From Rhodosorus marinus CCMP1338 (taxonomy: Eukaryota > Plantae > Rhodophyta), in the NCBI GenBank assembly GCA_029953675.1, contig JAMWBK010000011.1:310001-374000 (forward strand): 64,000 nucleotides of DNA. The letters run 5' to 3'. Positions within the stretch are counted from its first letter, which is position 1; every line of letters begins with the position of its first letter. Of the stretch, positions 61,633 to 64,000 are shown one piece after another. Under the pieces are notes generated by a model. It saw only the letters and a program-made list of their open reading frames with translations. It was not told the origin of the DNA and made no database searches. The translations under genes were made by a program, and so were the position numbers.

Positions 61633-61680
61633 CTATATACTACATGTGCTCCTACACCATAGCTGCTGCTTCGCAGCAGC
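61633..61680 (-). promoter_or_regulatory. Putative TATA box and GCTGCTGC hairpin upstream of paralog 7
   Basis: TATATAG on the minus strand at 61639-61633, and GCTGCTGC-TTC-GCAGCAGC at 61662-61680. Confidence 0.4.
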
Positions 61681-62443
61681 CGAACGTCCCGGCTCGCTAT
61701 TTGTCTCTCAGAGTCCGCTAGTAACTATGATGGCTATATTTGTTTGGAAAACAAAATCGGAAACGTAACATTTGTCTTTTGTAAGGATGAATTGGCCGGA
61801 TGAAATGATGAGAACATGATTATTAAATTATTTTCATCGATTGGAAAATCCCAATCAAATGGTTGGTTGAAAGGTTGGACAGGCTGTAATAGACAGCCTG
61901 TCCGATGTTGAGAATTCTGTTCTTGGGTATGGTTTTCCTTTACGGGATTTGGTATGGTGCTTTACTTTACTATGGGATGGAGTTGGATTGGGTTTGCCTT
62001 TTCTGTTGAGCAAGGTTTGACCTTGTTGGTTTCTGTGTAGTAGATGGGAGGTCTTGTGGTGGTTTCCGTTTTTGAACATTGTCTAGGCCTTTGGCGGGTG
62101 TTGTGGCGGGGAGGAGATTATGACTTGGTTGGCGGGTTGGAACTTTTTCCTTGCTCGGGCGTGTTTTGGAATGGGATCAGTGCTTAAAGGTGGTCGCTGC
62201 GATCTCGGTTTGCCGCCGTAGTTTGCAGAGAATCATATTGTTTTTACTAGATTCAAGTACTCAAAGTTAGCTGCTTGAGTGCACAATTTTGCTGGACAAA
62301 GGTTGGGTTGCCTCCCGGCTCTTGAAAAGCCCAATATTTTCTGCTTCAAGCGTATCTTTCGTGCTCCTGGTTTCTTAAATACTGGTCCTACCCCTGTTAA
62401 AGCCGGACTAAAGCTCCCAATCATCCTGGCACCAAGCTCGCGG

Positions 62444-64000
62444 TCATGGCACCTTCCTCCCCACGACGCAGTAGTAGATTAATCGTCTGTTACCGTTTAA
62501 GAACCCTCGTTCACATCGCCTTCCGGCACATCTCTTCCAGCCGCAAACTGGTGCTGGTAGTTTGCAATTTGGGCCGTTCGTTCCTTTGGGACATTTGCAA
62601 ACCTTTCCAATCGTGATAATTTTGTCAACCTGTATGCCGATTTCTCTGATCACAGTGACGCCTCCCATGTACTCCACTATGATTCTCAAAACCTTAGTCT
62701 GAGTCCCGAGCCCAAAGTGGAGCGTCTCCATGCATGCCTGAGAGTGTGACCGTCCGGGGGTTGAAACTCGCTTCATAAAGATTCCCCCGGGAGTCACCAC
62801 TTTAACAACTGCGTACATGGGGCTCCTGTCCATTTTTGGGTTCATTGACGCGCAGGCAGGTCTGCCTACTCGGACGATGATGTAGTGCCGGTTACCCTTC
62901 GGAGTCGTATTTCTGTACAAGTTCCAGGTCGAGTTTCGATTGCCGGACAAAATATCCGGCTTTCCGTCGTTGTCAAAGTCGAACGCAATCGAATTGTTGC
63001 CATCCTCCCACGGATTCTTGGATTGTGTCCCCACATTCCTCGTCTTCGTAAAGAACTTACCGCCGTTGTTGAGCAGCATCAGATCCTGCATACGCCGTTT
63101 CTTGTAGTCGGTGGTAAAAGTCACGTACAGATCGTCCCATCCATCGTTGTTGAAATCAGCAAACGTCGCGTGTCGATTGTGCCCGAGTATGTTGACACCC
63201 GTAGAATTGCTGACGTCAACAAAGATTCCGTTGCGATTTTCCAGCAGGATGTTCGGCATGTTATACACCCCGGGGTAGCCCCTCGTCATGTACAGATCAA
63301 AATCTCCGTCGCGGTCGTAGTCAAACTCCACGATGGACGTCACCAGCCTCATGTTAATGTTCGGCAATATCTTGTTGTTTTTGATGAACTTGAAACCCCC
63401 AGTACCCAAGTAGACGTCGACTCGTTCGATCATGAAAACCAGGATATCGATGTTCCCGTCGTTGTTAATGTCAACAATAGTGTTCGTGAATCCTGGTCGC
63501 ATTTCTAGTCCTGTGTTTTCTCGCAGACGAAATTTTCCATTCCCAAGGTTCTGGTAGACGTAATTTTTCCTTCCGCCGTCCAGCTTCTGCTGGTTGATGA
63601 ACATTAAATCAAGCTTGCCATCGTGGTTCAAGTCCACAAAGGCAGCCGTTCTCCCGCGCATCAGCTCGTTGCCGAATCCGTACTTGAACCCAGCGTCCCT
63701 CTTCCACGTGTGATTCTTCTTGACACTGTAGTAGATTGGAACTCCAGGTTTTTGCCCCCCACTTCCGCCAATCGTGAATACCACGTCCATGATTCCGTCG
63801 TCGTCCAAATCCCCAGCAGCGGTCCCGTGCACGTCGTGCATATAAAGGCGAGGATCCATGCTCTCAAACATGTTGTGCCCTTTCGACCAGTACCACTCCG
63901 CATTGTTCCCATGGTTGCTCAGGATCAAATCGTACCTGCCATCACAGTCCAGGTCAGCAATCGTCGCCCCATCGTACTTGCTCCCCTCTGGCCTTCGCCT
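62444..64000 (-). CDS. Secreted FG-GAP + ASPIC-UnbV protein, paralog 8 (5' end lies beyond the window)
   Basis: The frame is open to the window edge (RRRPEGSKYDGATIADLDCDGRYDLILSNHG...). PGRSHSQACMETLHFGLG and a 7-Cys tail are present. Confidence 0.9.
   Translation of the reverse strand, partial: RRRPEGSKYDGATIADLDCDGRYDLILSNHGNNAEWYWSKGHNMFESMDPRLYMHDVHGTAAGDLDDDGIMDVVFTIGGSGGQKPGVPIYYSVKKNHTWKRDAGFKYGFGNELMRGRTAAFVDLNHDGKLDLMFINQQKLDGGRKNYVYQNLGNGKFRLRENTGLEMRPGFTNTIVDINNDGNIDILVFMIERVDVYLGTGGFKFIKNNKILPNINMRLVTSIVEFDYDRDGDFDLYMTRGYPGVYNMPNILLENRNGIFVDVSNSTGVNILGHNRHATFADFNNDGWDDLYVTFTTDYKKRRMQDLMLLNNGGKFFTKTRNVGTQSKNPWEDGNNSIAFDFDNDGKPDILSGNRNSTWNLYRNTTPKGNRHYIIVRVGRPACASMNPKMDRSPMYAVVKVVTPGGIFMKRVSTPGRSHSQACMETLHFGLGTQTKVLRIIVEYMGGVTVIREIGIQVDKIITIGKVCKCPKGTNGPNCKLPAPVCGWKRCAGRRCERGFLNGNRRLIYYCVVGRKVP

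Noticed and set aside
21399-63508. Long + strand ORFs antisense to real genes (21399-22547, 40743-41561, 51412-52770, 57060-57983, 60945-61505, 62885-63508)
   Set aside because: These are shadow frames of codon-biased genes on the opposite strand. They show no recognisable motifs and recur only because the paralogs do.

Overview
Eukaryotic nuclear DNA with short (about 65-180 nt) GT-AG introns. The gene content (MgtC, DUF819, DUF179, sulfotransferase) suggests a compact algal genome, most likely a red alga; this is inference only. The first 13 kb is compact housekeeping sequence: mitochondrial F1 ATP synthase beta, a probable bL28m, DUF819, an NAD(P)-binding protein, a head-to-head pair of MgtC-family genes and DUF179/AlgH. 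From 13 to 20 kb is gene-poor sequence with decayed repeats and a C2H2 zinc-finger gene. From 20.7 kb to the window end is an accessory island of secretory-pathway genes. It holds eight co-oriented, intronless FG-GAP/VCBS + ASPIC-UnbV (CRTAC1-like) paralogs with a Cys-rich tail (one frameshifted, one cut by the window edge). It also holds three intact spherulin/germin-like cupin genes plus a fragment, and one type II membrane sulfotransferase. These are interleaved with a Ty3/gypsy pol remnant, a segmental duplication and several degenerate tandem repeats. The best candidate for an undescribed system is this putative extracellular-matrix island. No rRNA, tRNA or true CRISPR array was found.
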